Assembly (NCBI RefSeq): GCF_049510455.1
Contig: NZ_JBEKYX010000005.1
Location: forward strand, 12,045 to 76,044
Length of the DNA stretch: 64,000 nt
DNA from: Terracidiphilus sp.
GTDB taxonomy: Bacteria > Acidobacteriota > Terriglobia > Terriglobales > Acidobacteriaceae
Direction: 5' to 3'
This document shows, piece after piece, positions 37,134 to 45,631 of the stretch (the stretch's first letter is position 1; the number at the start of each line of letters is the position of its first letter). The position numbers and the translations under genes are program-made. The notes beneath the pieces were generated by a model. The model ran no database searches and was not told the origin of the DNA. It was given only the letters and a program-made list of their open reading frames with translations.

Positions 37134-37757
37134 ATGAACCATAAACTGAAACCGGTGTTTTGGACAGCCTGCGCGTTTCTGTGCGGGATGCCCCTCTTGA
37201 GCCAGGCCCCTCAGACCCTGCCGGACGGTAAAGGTAAAGCGGAATTCGTCCATAACTGCACGGCATGTCACCGCGCCGATATGGTGACCGCTGTCAAGAA
37301 AACTCCGGATGACTGGCAAAAGAGTGTCTTTGAAATGGCCTCTCGCGGCACCGACGGCACAAAGGAAGACCTGGACAGCGTCGTCCTGTACCTGGATAAG
37401 TTCTATTCGTTGGATAAGCCTGTTCCGGCCGATGCAAAACCGGCTGCGCCGCCGGCAGCCTCAGAAACTCCCACCGCGCCAAACCACTCCGAAATCGAAC
37501 GCGCAAAGCGCATGATTGCCGAGAACAATTGTCTTGGCTGCCATCGCATCGAACAACAGGGAGCCTCCACCGCGCCATCGTTGAACGGAGTGGGAGCACG
37601 GCACACTGTGGATGAGTTGCGGGCAGCTATTGCGAATCACCATCCATCCTCCGGCTCAGGCAGCATCCATCCTGAGCCTCCCTATGAAGGAAAGATCGCG
37701 GCAGACGATCTCAACGACCTGGTACGCTATCTTTCCTCGCTTCCTCCCTCACCGTAG
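37134..37757 (+). CDS. Dihaem c-type cytochrome
   Basis: Signal peptide and two CxxCH motifs (CTACH, CLGCH). It lies 27 nt downstream of the PQQ dehydrogenase. Confidence 0.8.
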   Translation: MNHKLKPVFWTACAFLCGMPLLSQAPQTLPDGKGKAEFVHNCTACHRADMVTAVKKTPDDWQKSVFEMASRGTDGTKEDLDSVVLYLDKFYSLDKPVPADAKPAAPPAASETPTAPNHSEIERAKRMIAENNCLGCHRIEQQGASTAPSLNGVGARHTVDELRAAIANHHPSSGSGSIHPEPPYEGKIAADDLNDLVRYLSSLPPSP

Positions 37758-37933
37758 CGGTTCGCCGCCTTGCTCAAGGTCGTGCTGACGGCCCCGGAGG
37801 TTGTGAGGATGACGCTTCGTGCCTGATTCGCCGGCCTCCCAGGTCCGAAAATCCTGACATGGCGCACCCATTTTTGCGCGGCTTACAGCAGTGAAGACGT
37901 AGGCCCCCAATGGGGAGAGGGATTACAGCGCGA

Positions 37934-38356
37934 TTACTCGCTCGACAGGCATTCTATAGGAGAAACGGCTAGTGCACGCCTGAGCGGCACGTATGCGGCG
38001 GCAGCCAGGAGCATTCCGAGCAAAACCAGGCCGGCGATATATCCTCCAAAAACAGACCTTGCACTCAAGCTATAAAGTTCCGCAAGCCCTGCTGCCGCAA
38101 GAATAGCTCCAACGGAGCCAAACGCCAGCCCAATCAAAATCGAACGCCGCAGCCTCTTCATCATTGAAGTGCAAACCTGGGTCTTGTTCGCGCCGAGCGC
38201 AATCTGAATGCCTATTTCCCTCCTGCGCTCTGAGACATGCAGCGACACAATTCCGAAAAAGCCAACCGCCAAAATGATCGTCGCCATACAGGCGCAGGTC
38301 GCGCCCGAGATTGTGATGACCTTCCATAATCGAAGATCGTCGTCTATCCGGCTCAT
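37934..38356 (-). pseudogene. Isolated C-terminal FtsX-domain fragment of an ADOP/MacB-type permease
   Basis: The 140-aa ORF matches only the last ~120 aa of the full-length (~875 aa) paralogues at 18097 and 20778 (VSERRREIGIQIALGAN...LRRALAVSPIECLSSE). No upstream permease-coding sequence is present. Confidence 0.6.
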
Positions 38357-38843
38357 ACCATCAAATCCTCTCGATTTTTCAACCCAAAATCGACTTCAGC
38401 ATAAAACGCCGCACCGGCAGATGTCATAACGCTCATTTTGGCATTTTCTCAAGGCCGGATGGCCCAGGTCTTAGGGAACTCCACCGAGCAAAACACGAGG
38501 GTGCCCCTGGTCTGGATTCTCGGACCTGGGATAGCACGAACCTCAGTTTTCCGGTTCCGTCGAGCCCCCGTCTTCGATTCATGCATAATCGCCGCGGCAC
38601 TCATCGAGGCACGATCCTCGGTTGACGCAAACAGCCGAATGCAATCCTCCACCAAGCCTGCCGTCCTTCCGGTATGTGGGTTAAACAGGCTCAACTCTAC
38701 CCGCTTCGCCCCCTGTGGAAATCTTTGTCAAGCCCTCCCGCGAAAAATAGTTTGTAACCCCTTTATCATCAGCGCAAAATTCTTCGCGGAATTTGCATAA
38801 GATTATTAGCCTTTATGCCACACTGGAATAAGCAGAAATAACC

Positions 38844-38882
38844 AAGGCCCGAATCCCACCGGATTCGGGCCTTTTGCTTTTC
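38844..38882 (+). terminator. Strong rho-independent terminator with no obvious upstream CDS
   Basis: AAGGCCCGAATCC-CACC-GGATTCGGGCCTT, a 13-bp perfect stem whose closing TT runs on into the T-tract TTTTGCTTTT. Confidence 0.65.
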
Positions 38883-38912
38883 TGATCTCTGATCTCTGAA
38901 CCCTGATCTCTG
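38882..38912 (+). repeat. Single-arm heptamer array (CTGATCT x2, CTGAACC, CTGATCT, CTG)
   Basis: Read directly from the sequence. It abuts the SD of the downstream RHH gene. Confidence 0.9.
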
Positions 38913-38929
38913 TAAAAGGAGCTTACATC

Positions 38930-39205
38930 ATGCGAAACCTGACCGTCCGTGTTCCCGATGAAGTCTACAAAGCCGCTCGCGTCTACGCGAACCGGCATCA
39001 CTCGTCTATCTCCTCAATCGTGGCGGATTTTCTATTCACCCTCCGCCATCTCTCTGACTCAGGAGACGGGATGCGTCCCGGCTCAGCCATCGACTTCCAC
39101 CGCGAACTTCTGAAGATCAACAAGGTAGGCCGCGCCAACCTCGAACCCCTCAACGACAAGGAATTCCTGGCCATCGCCCGCTACCTGCTCAGCTCGGAAA
39201 ACTAG
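38930..39205 (+). CDS. Orphan ribbon-helix-helix (CopG/Arc-like) protein
   Basis: SD AAGGAG. The N-terminus MRNLTVRVPDEVYKAARVYANRHHSSISSIVADFL has the RHH pattern. No toxin-like partner is adjacent. Confidence 0.6.
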   Translation: MRNLTVRVPDEVYKAARVYANRHHSSISSIVADFLFTLRHLSDSGDGMRPGSAIDFHRELLKINKVGRANLEPLNDKEFLAIARYLLSSEN

Positions 39206-39349
39206 ACTGTGCAGTTGCACAGTCCCGGAATGAAGATCGCATAAAGATTTCTATAAGGAGTGTGGAAATGGCCATAATCCGAACAAACAAAGCCGCTTCG
39301 GAACGGAGGCTGCACAGGATAACTCAAGCCATTGTCCAAATCCGAACAG

Positions 39350-39716
39350 CTACTGCTGCGCCGCAGGCGGCGGCGTGGGACGGTTTTTAGCCCGCAGAAA
39401 CGCAATCAATTGCTGAATCTCCTCATCCGAGAGCGACTCGCGAAAAGGTGGCATTTTGGTCCCGCCATCAAGAATCTGAGTAGAGATTTTCTCGTTGGTC
39501 ATGGCCTTTTGCTTGCGGATTTCAGCAAGCACCGGTGCCTTCTTGGTGCCTTCAAGGCTAGCGCCATGACAAAATCCGCAGCCTTTATCGCGGTAGAGAA
39601 CGGCTCCAGCCATCTCAGCCGATTTTGTATCCGAGCCGTAGACCAGAGCTGTCGAGCCAAGCAGTAAGAAACAGAGGAATGCAAAGAAAGTCTTGTGGAA
39701 TCTCACGGGAGTATTT
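39350..39716 (-). CDS. Monohaem class I c-type cytochrome
   Basis: One CxxCH motif (CGFCHG) and a distal MPPF Met-ligand-type motif. A signal-like segment RFHKTFFAFLCFLLLGSTALVYG is present if the GTG at 39716 is the start. The start is uncertain, since the ORF is open to 40054. Confidence 0.6.
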
Positions 39717-39827
39717 TCGCATGTCAGAGCAAAGTTGGCGTTCCATCGATCGGTGGACGCGCATAGTGAAAAGTGATGGCCGCGCATGGAATCCATACGC
39801 GGCCAAGGTGTTGTGGCGTTAGCAGAT

Positions 39828-42686
39828 TTAGCGCCGTGGTGCAAAGCCGAAGGTGACAGTGACGGCGAAACTGCGGCCGGCCATGATGCTCGGCAGGTCG
39901 GCGCCGCCGAGTGTAGTAGTTGCGTTGAACTGGTCCACACAGGCCGCCGGCTTGGCCGTTGTGCCACAGGTTCCGGGAATGTCGCCGGCGGGAACCGCGG
40001 AGTTGCCAAGCGTAAGTGTCTGGAGGTTGTGGGAATCCATAAGGTTTGTAGCACTCAGACGAATCTTCGTCTGGTCGAAGATGGAGTGGTTGCGAATGGT
40101 GTAGTTGAAGTAGGTATCGAGTGTGCTGAATGGATCGACAATGGCCTGATTGTGATACTGGCCGTTGTCCATTCGCTCCTCGCCGATGCGCTTGTTGAAG
40201 ATGCCAGCCTCAAACCCGTAGTGGCCATAGGTGAGTCCCTGCGCCTCGGTATCGGTTGGCGTCTGCTGAACCCAAAGGCCGCTGGGCACCCTCTGATACA
40301 CAGGATTGGCGGGATAGTTGGCAAGATTGGCATTCATCTGGCCGCGATAATAGCCAGTGCCGGCAGTTCCGTTGAGGTAGAGACTCAGCCCAGGAGCGAG
40401 GACGACTGTGCTTTCGAATTCCAGTCCTTTGGCTGTGGAACTGGGCTGCAGGTAGTAGATGGTATCGCCGTAGTCCGGATCCGTGGTGACTGTATCTGTG
40501 GTGGACGAGTAGCCGCTCTGGAAACGAACCATATAAGCATCGGCATCGATGGAAACGCGGTTGGCCTTGAATACGGTTCCCGCCTGGTAAGCACTGCTCT
40601 TCTGCTGCTTGGGCTGGATCGCAATCTGCGGAACGGCCGCATTGGCAGAGGCTGCGGTCTGGTTGTAGTCGTAGACTGCGCTTGGCGGGACTACGCTGCC
40701 CGTGGAAGCCTGGCCGTAGAATGACCAGTTCGGCCGGACACGGTAGTTCAGATCCAGCGACGGGAGCCAGGCGGTAAAGTTGCCAGTGTTGGTGATCGTG
40801 TTCGGACAGGGTGCGGTGACGCTTGTGCAGCCCAGATTGCCAACTGTTGAGCCGTCGTCAGCGAAGTGGAGAATGTCGAAGGTATAACCGGCAAACTTGA
40901 CGCCAGTGGTTACGTTGAACTTCGGCGTGACGTGGAACTCATATTCAGCGTAAGGCTGATACGAATTGGTCCAGAAGCGCTCATTAAACTTGGACAGCGC
41001 CTGATCAGCCCAGTTGTTAAGCGGGTCGCTAGGGTACTGGTGGCGGTTGGTCCTGGCCCACTCGTACCACATGCCTGCGCGGAAAACGCCGAAGGTGGAG
41101 GTTTGCGAGATCTGAGCAATTTCTCCATATTTGCGGTAGCTGTTGTACTTGTCAATGCCGCAAGGGAGAGCAGCTATGCCCTTCTTGACAACCTGCACAT
41201 TGCAAGGCGCAACAGCCGTGCCGAGGTAGTACAGTGAGTCCTTGCCTGTTGCCGAAGTCGAAGCCAGATACGACCCGGGAAGCTCGGCCATTGTGGTGGC
41301 ATGGGTGATTGGGGTGGCGTTCGAGTACTTCTCGCCGTTGTCGTAGTTGTAGGTGTAAGGCTTGACTTCGAGATACCAGCCTTTGCCAAACTCTGTCTTG
41401 AGGCCGACGTACTCAAAGTCCGTGGGCACAACATAAGAGTTGTACTGGAAATTGAACCAGCTCGCCGGGTCGGAATTATTCGTCATCAGGAACTTAATTC
41501 CAGCCCCGGTTTGCGGCAGCGTAACCGCTGTGGGCGTACTGGCGCCATTCAGGTACAAATTCTCAGTGCAGCCATAAGAGCCAGTTGCGGAAGTTCCGTA
41601 CATCATGCAGCGTGAGGAGGAGATGTTAGGGCCATTCGAGTAAAGGTGAATGACGCCAGAGAAGCCGGTGAGCACCGTGCGCGGCGAGAAGGTGTACTGG
41701 TAGAGCAGCGAGCCTGCGTCGCGCTCATTGTAGTTGAAGCTCTGGTAGCCATCCGAAGTCATGCGGTGTACGTCGACGAAGAGGTTTGACTTCTTATCTC
41801 CGCCGAAGAGACCGAAGTTTCCGGAGTTGAAGGCAGCGTCATAGAGCTTGGTGTTCCAGGTGCCATACGAGGCGGTGCCGCGGATGTTGAGCTCATTGGA
41901 GAGAGGTTTGGAGAACTGATGCATGGAGCCGCCAAAGGGCGTTGGTCCAATAGTGGAAGCAGTACCCGGGCTGCGGTCGAAGTCGACGCCGCCGATCCAC
42001 TGCGAAGGGAAGAATGCCCAGGAGTGGTGAGTAGGCGTATTCGTGTCGTAGTAGGGAATGCCGTCGAAGTCGATGTTGTACTCACCATCGGCGAATGCGC
42101 GGAAATAGGTTTTGCTCTGGCCGAGGCCGACACCATTGGAGCTGGTGGTGAAGGCGCCGGGAACAATCTGCACCAACTCGCCGAAGTCCGCGATGGGCGA
42201 AGTAAAGTTCTCGATGTAGGTGTTGGATACGAGGGATTGCGGTGAACCTTCGTCGAGAAATCCGCCGCTAGGCGCAGCCTGTGCGGCAATGGAATCGACG
42301 CCGGCGTTGACTTCAATCTGCTGCATGACGGAGCTGACGCCAAGGGCGATGCTCACCTGAGCGGTCTGTCCGGCGGTGACGACAATGCTGGTCTTTGAAG
42401 CCCCGGCGAAGCCAATTGCACTTGCGCTCACGTTATAGGTTCCGGCGGAAAGGCCTTCTATTGAGTAAGCACCGTTGTTGTCGGCCTTGGCCGTCTTGGT
42501 AGCTCCCGTTTTGGCATTGGTCACAGTAACGTCAGCGCTGACGACAGCCTTGCCCTGCGCATCGGTGATGTTTCCGTTTACGCGGGCTCCGGCGTCCTGA
42601 GCGTGGAGCACGAATGCAGGGAGAAGGAAGGCGATGAGAGCAAAGATGAAAAAAATTCGCCCCTTCCTTGCAATAACTTGTTTCAC
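39828..42686 (-). CDS. TonB-dependent receptor with N-terminal carboxypeptidase-regulatory-like domain
   Basis: Signal peptide, then ARVNGNITDAQGKAVVSADVTVTNAKTGATKTAKADNNGAYSIEGLSAGTYNV (CarboxypepD_reg), followed by a plug and a long beta-barrel. GTG start with GGAGG 5 nt upstream. Confidence 0.85.
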   Translation of the reverse strand: MKQVIARKGRIFFIFALIAFLLPAFVLHAQDAGARVNGNITDAQGKAVVSADVTVTNAKTGATKTAKADNNGAYSIEGLSAGTYNVSASAIGFAGASKTSIVVTAGQTAQVSIALGVSSVMQQIEVNAGVDSIAAQAAPSGGFLDEGSPQSLVSNTYIENFTSPIADFGELVQIVPGAFTTSSNGVGLGQSKTYFRAFADGEYNIDFDGIPYYDTNTPTHHSWAFFPSQWIGGVDFDRSPGTASTIGPTPFGGSMHQFSKPLSNELNIRGTASYGTWNTKLYDAAFNSGNFGLFGGDKKSNLFVDVHRMTSDGYQSFNYNERDAGSLLYQYTFSPRTVLTGFSGVIHLYSNGPNISSSRCMMYGTSATGSYGCTENLYLNGASTPTAVTLPQTGAGIKFLMTNNSDPASWFNFQYNSYVVPTDFEYVGLKTEFGKGWYLEVKPYTYNYDNGEKYSNATPITHATTMAELPGSYLASTSATGKDSLYYLGTAVAPCNVQVVKKGIAALPCGIDKYNSYRKYGEIAQISQTSTFGVFRAGMWYEWARTNRHQYPSDPLNNWADQALSKFNERFWTNSYQPYAEYEFHVTPKFNVTTGVKFAGYTFDILHFADDGSTVGNLGCTSVTAPCPNTITNTGNFTAWLPSLDLNYRVRPNWSFYGQASTGSVVPPSAVYDYNQTAASANAAVPQIAIQPKQQKSSAYQAGTVFKANRVSIDADAYMVRFQSGYSSTTDTVTTDPDYGDTIYYLQPSSTAKGLEFESTVVLAPGLSLYLNGTAGTGYYRGQMNANLANYPANPVYQRVPSGLWVQQTPTDTEAQGLTYGHYGFEAGIFNKRIGEERMDNGQYHNQAIVDPFSTLDTYFNYTIRNHSIFDQTKIRLSATNLMDSHNLQTLTLGNSAVPAGDIPGTCGTTAKPAACVDQFNATTTLGGADLPSIMAGRSFAVTVTFGFAPRR

Positions 42687-43366
42687 TTCTGCCTCCAGAA
42701 AGCAAGATGGTTTTTTAAACGTTTTTCAATTTGAGTAGAGCGAACCAGCAAACTATGTGGTCTGCACATCGCTTAACCCTTAGAGTCAGCTGCATTGCAT
42801 CACAACTAGACTGAGCCCATACGAGACTCCTCACAAACCTTGCATAGTGCGACGTGCAAATCTGGAACAGTAAATGACATGTTCCAAGGAACACTATTAG
42901 CGCACGTGCATGGTGTGCCATTGGCCGCGTTGGGCTCTGTAGTACCTGAAACTTAATGGGGTTGCATGAATATCTGATTACAAGGGGTTCCGCGCGTGGC
43001 GATGACACAGGATTTGCAAGATGTCGATCAGCAGGTACCGATCTACGCCAGCCTGCGAGCACGCCTGTTTTGTGAGGGTTGTGCGCAACATCCTTATTAG
43101 CCTCGAGGTGCGGATGAGCGAGAAAGACCGGGAGTACAACATGAATCAAATGTCAGATTCGCTTCAGGAGTGTTTCAGGTTTTTGATGTACTGACACGTG
43201 CTTCAAGTGACACGACAGAGTGTTTCTTGCAGTGTTCGTCTCAACGCATTGCCATCTCCGCTGGACTGTGGACCGTTGTTCGAGCCGTTATGTCACCTTT
43301 TGCATGCTTCTCTCCATCTTGTGGAGAACTCTCTGCAGTAACTGAAGGTAAGAGGATATCGCTGGT

Positions 43367-44797
43367 TCAGATTGAGACGAGAGCATTCAATTCCTGCTCC
43401 TCGTGCTGCTGCAATGTAAGAGGAAACACTACCGTGAATGAGGATCCCTGGCCTGGCATGCTGTTCAGCGTAATCCGGGCACGATGCGCGTCGGCGATCC
43501 AGCGAGCTATAGAAAGGCCCAGGCCGCAGCCAACCTGTGTTTTCCTTTCCCTCAAGTCCGCCTGATAGAAGCGTTCAAAAATCTGCTCCTGTGCGCCGGA
43601 CGCGATGCCCACTCCAGTATCGCGGACGACTACGCCGGCCTCGTTCCCATTGACAAAGACCTCGGCGTGAATCTCTCCTTCTTCTGGCGTGTACTTGATC
43701 GCGTTGTCCAGCAGAATACTCAGAAGCCGGCTAATCAGCAATTCGTTCCCTTCAATATGAACCGGCTGTCCGGGCAAGTCCCAATCAAGCAAAACTCCAT
43801 TCGATTCGGCGAGATCCTCGACGCGCCGGCAACCACTCACTACAAGGGCGCAAAGATCGATGCGCTGGAATGTCACTTCATGGATAAAGTTCTTGCTTTG
43901 CACGAGCGACAGAAGCGCATCCAGCAGAGTAGCTCCCATGCAGCACTCATTTACGATACGGTTCAGATCGTCGCGATATTCTTCCTCGGTATGGCTGCGT
44001 TTAAGCGCTAGTTGGGCGGTGGCAAGAATCACCGTAATTGAGGTGCGAAGGTCGTGGGACACATCGGCGGAAAACTGGCTCAGACGTGATACGGCCGCCT
44101 CCAGCCGGTCCAGCAATTGATTCCAGGCTTCGGCGAGCTGCCGCACCTCATCCCGGGCTTTCGGCACGGACACCCTTGCCGAAAGGTCGCCAACTCCAAT
44201 ATCCAGAGCTGCTTTTGTCAGCCGATCGACGGGGGACATTGCGCGCCGACTCAGAAAATAGCCACAGAAAGAGGAAAGAATCAGCAATCCCGGAAGAAGG
44301 AACAGTAGCGCATTCCTATAGATGCGAAGGATGTCCATCTCCTGCTCCAAGGAGCCGCCCTCATAGAGCCGCGCCTCCGCTCCCTGGAATTCGATTGCAT
44401 GGCACATCACCATCGTTGGCGCGCCATCCAGCTGCACAACTTGAAAACGCCAACGACGGCATCCGGAAGAATCCGAGAACGCCCAATCCGTATTCTGCGT
44501 GCCGGTTGGGAACAAGACGGTCCCGTCCCGCCCGCGCAGTTGAAACAAATTACCTTCATGCGTCACCAACGCATAATTCTGCAGTTGTGCTTCGATGGGC
44601 ACAGAAATATGCTGTGAGCGATTGTCCGCAAGCAGACGGAGCAGCCGTTCTTCGCGGCCCAGAAGATGGATCTTCTTTTCCTGCAGCAGCGCGTAGTGCA
44701 GGACTGCATAAGAGATAACGCCAAACAGCAGCATGCCTGCGAACGCCACCAACAGATACCAGAGGGTCAGCTTAGCGCGTATGGAAAGTGGATACAT
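43367..44797 (-). CDS. Sensor histidine kinase (2 TM, HAMP, HisKA, HATPase_c)
   Basis: H-box FSADVSHDLRTSITVI, N-box LLDNAIKYT, G-boxes RDTGVGI and GLGLSIA. Confidence 0.85.
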   Translation of the reverse strand: MYPLSIRAKLTLWYLLVAFAGMLLFGVISYAVLHYALLQEKKIHLLGREERLLRLLADNRSQHISVPIEAQLQNYALVTHEGNLFQLRGRDGTVLFPTGTQNTDWAFSDSSGCRRWRFQVVQLDGAPTMVMCHAIEFQGAEARLYEGGSLEQEMDILRIYRNALLFLLPGLLILSSFCGYFLSRRAMSPVDRLTKAALDIGVGDLSARVSVPKARDEVRQLAEAWNQLLDRLEAAVSRLSQFSADVSHDLRTSITVILATAQLALKRSHTEEEYRDDLNRIVNECCMGATLLDALLSLVQSKNFIHEVTFQRIDLCALVVSGCRRVEDLAESNGVLLDWDLPGQPVHIEGNELLISRLLSILLDNAIKYTPEEGEIHAEVFVNGNEAGVVVRDTGVGIASGAQEQIFERFYQADLRERKTQVGCGLGLSIARWIADAHRARITLNSMPGQGSSFTVVFPLTLQQHEEQELNALVSI

Positions 44798-45471
44798 TAC
44801 TCGTTCACGAAGATATAACCAGTGCCGTGGACCGTACGAATCAAGGGACGGTTTGCTTCATCGTCTTTCAGCTTGGTGCGCAGGCTATGAATATAGACAT
44901 CAAGTGTGTTGGCCTTAACCTTGTCCGCACTCCCCCACCCAGCTTCAATCAGCTCTTCGCGCGGAGTGACTAATCCACAGCGGCGCATCAGGACTTCAAG
45001 CAATGTAGTCTGCTTTTGTGTCAGTGCCACCGTCTGTCCGTCGCGCATGGCAATGCGCTGTGTGCAGTCCAATGTGATGCCAGAAGCCTGTAGAATAAGC
45101 GGCGCTGCATTTTTCGAACGGCGTGTGATGGCGCGCACGCGCGCCAAAAGAATCTCCAGCAGGAATGGCTTGACCAAATAATCATCGGCCCCAAGGTCGA
45201 AGGCCTCCAGCACCTTCGGCACAGAATCAACCGCCGTCAACATCAGGATTGGCGTTGTGCAGCGCCGGGAGCGCACCTTTTCAAGAACAGACAGTCCTGT
45301 CATGCCGGGAAGAAGGATATCGAGCAGCGCAACATCAAACTTATTGCCGAGCATCATTTCGGCACCCTCGGTCCCGCTATAAGAGATGGATACGCTGTGG
45401 CCATCTTCTCGCAGGCCGCGGTCCAGGAGGGCGGCAATACGCTTGTCGTCTTCAATGAGGAGGATGTTCAT
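44797..45471 (-). CDS. OmpR/PhoB-family response regulator
   Basis: MNILLIEDD..., D..LLDILLPG, a conserved K in YLVKPF, and a C-terminal winged helix (LRTKL...IRTVHGTGY). The stop overlaps the kinase start (TAATG). Confidence 0.85.
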   Translation of the reverse strand: MNILLIEDDKRIAALLDRGLREDGHSVSISYSGTEGAEMMLGNKFDVALLDILLPGMTGLSVLEKVRSRRCTTPILMLTAVDSVPKVLEAFDLGADDYLVKPFLLEILLARVRAITRRSKNAAPLILQASGITLDCTQRIAMRDGQTVALTQKQTTLLEVLMRRCGLVTPREELIEAGWGSADKVKANTLDVYIHSLRTKLKDDEANRPLIRTVHGTGYIFVNE

Positions 45472-45631
45472 TGCGGTCAGGAGGCAGAGTATCAAGACTT
45501 CGTGTATGAAATATGAATGTCACGTTAAACAGACCGCCGTCTTAGGGCGCTCTAATAATGTAAGGTCCTTCAGAAGCAGGTCTTGGAACGGCAGCATAGT
45601 GAGTTGCGAGCGCGGAACGAAGGTTTTTGCC

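Noticed and set aside
36240-37319. 359-aa minus-strand ORF
   Set aside because: It is antisense to the PQQ dehydrogenase and cytochrome c genes.
38438-38800. 120-aa plus-strand ORF upstream of the orphan terminator
   Set aside because: It has no SD, overlaps REP-like sequence (ggtgcccctggtctggattctcggacctggg) and has an implausible composition. An sRNA or non-coding interpretation is preferred.
39202-39405. 67-aa minus-strand ORF
   Set aside because: It overlaps the 3' end of the cytochrome c gene in another frame and spans the palindrome GACTGTGCA-GT-TGCACAGTC (39205-39224), which looks like a terminator.
39786-40724. 312-aa plus-strand ORF
   Set aside because: It is antisense to the TonB-dependent receptor gene.
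42901-42920. Sigma54-like TGGCAC element on the minus strand (TGGCACACCATGCACG)
   Set aside because: The GG and GC dinucleotides are separated by 8 nt rather than 10, and there is no TTGC at -12.
42715-43149. 144-aa minus-strand ORF in the TBDR upstream spacer
   Set aside because: It has no SD, an odd composition (His/Cys/Leu-rich), low GC and no recognisable motif. I treat it as non-coding leader or promoter DNA.
42687-43366. Cobalamin or other riboswitch upstream of the TonB-dependent receptor
   Set aside because: I could not find a B12-box-like core (GCCACTG-type) or any other riboswitch signature I know by eye. The question is left open only as a generic long-leader observation.
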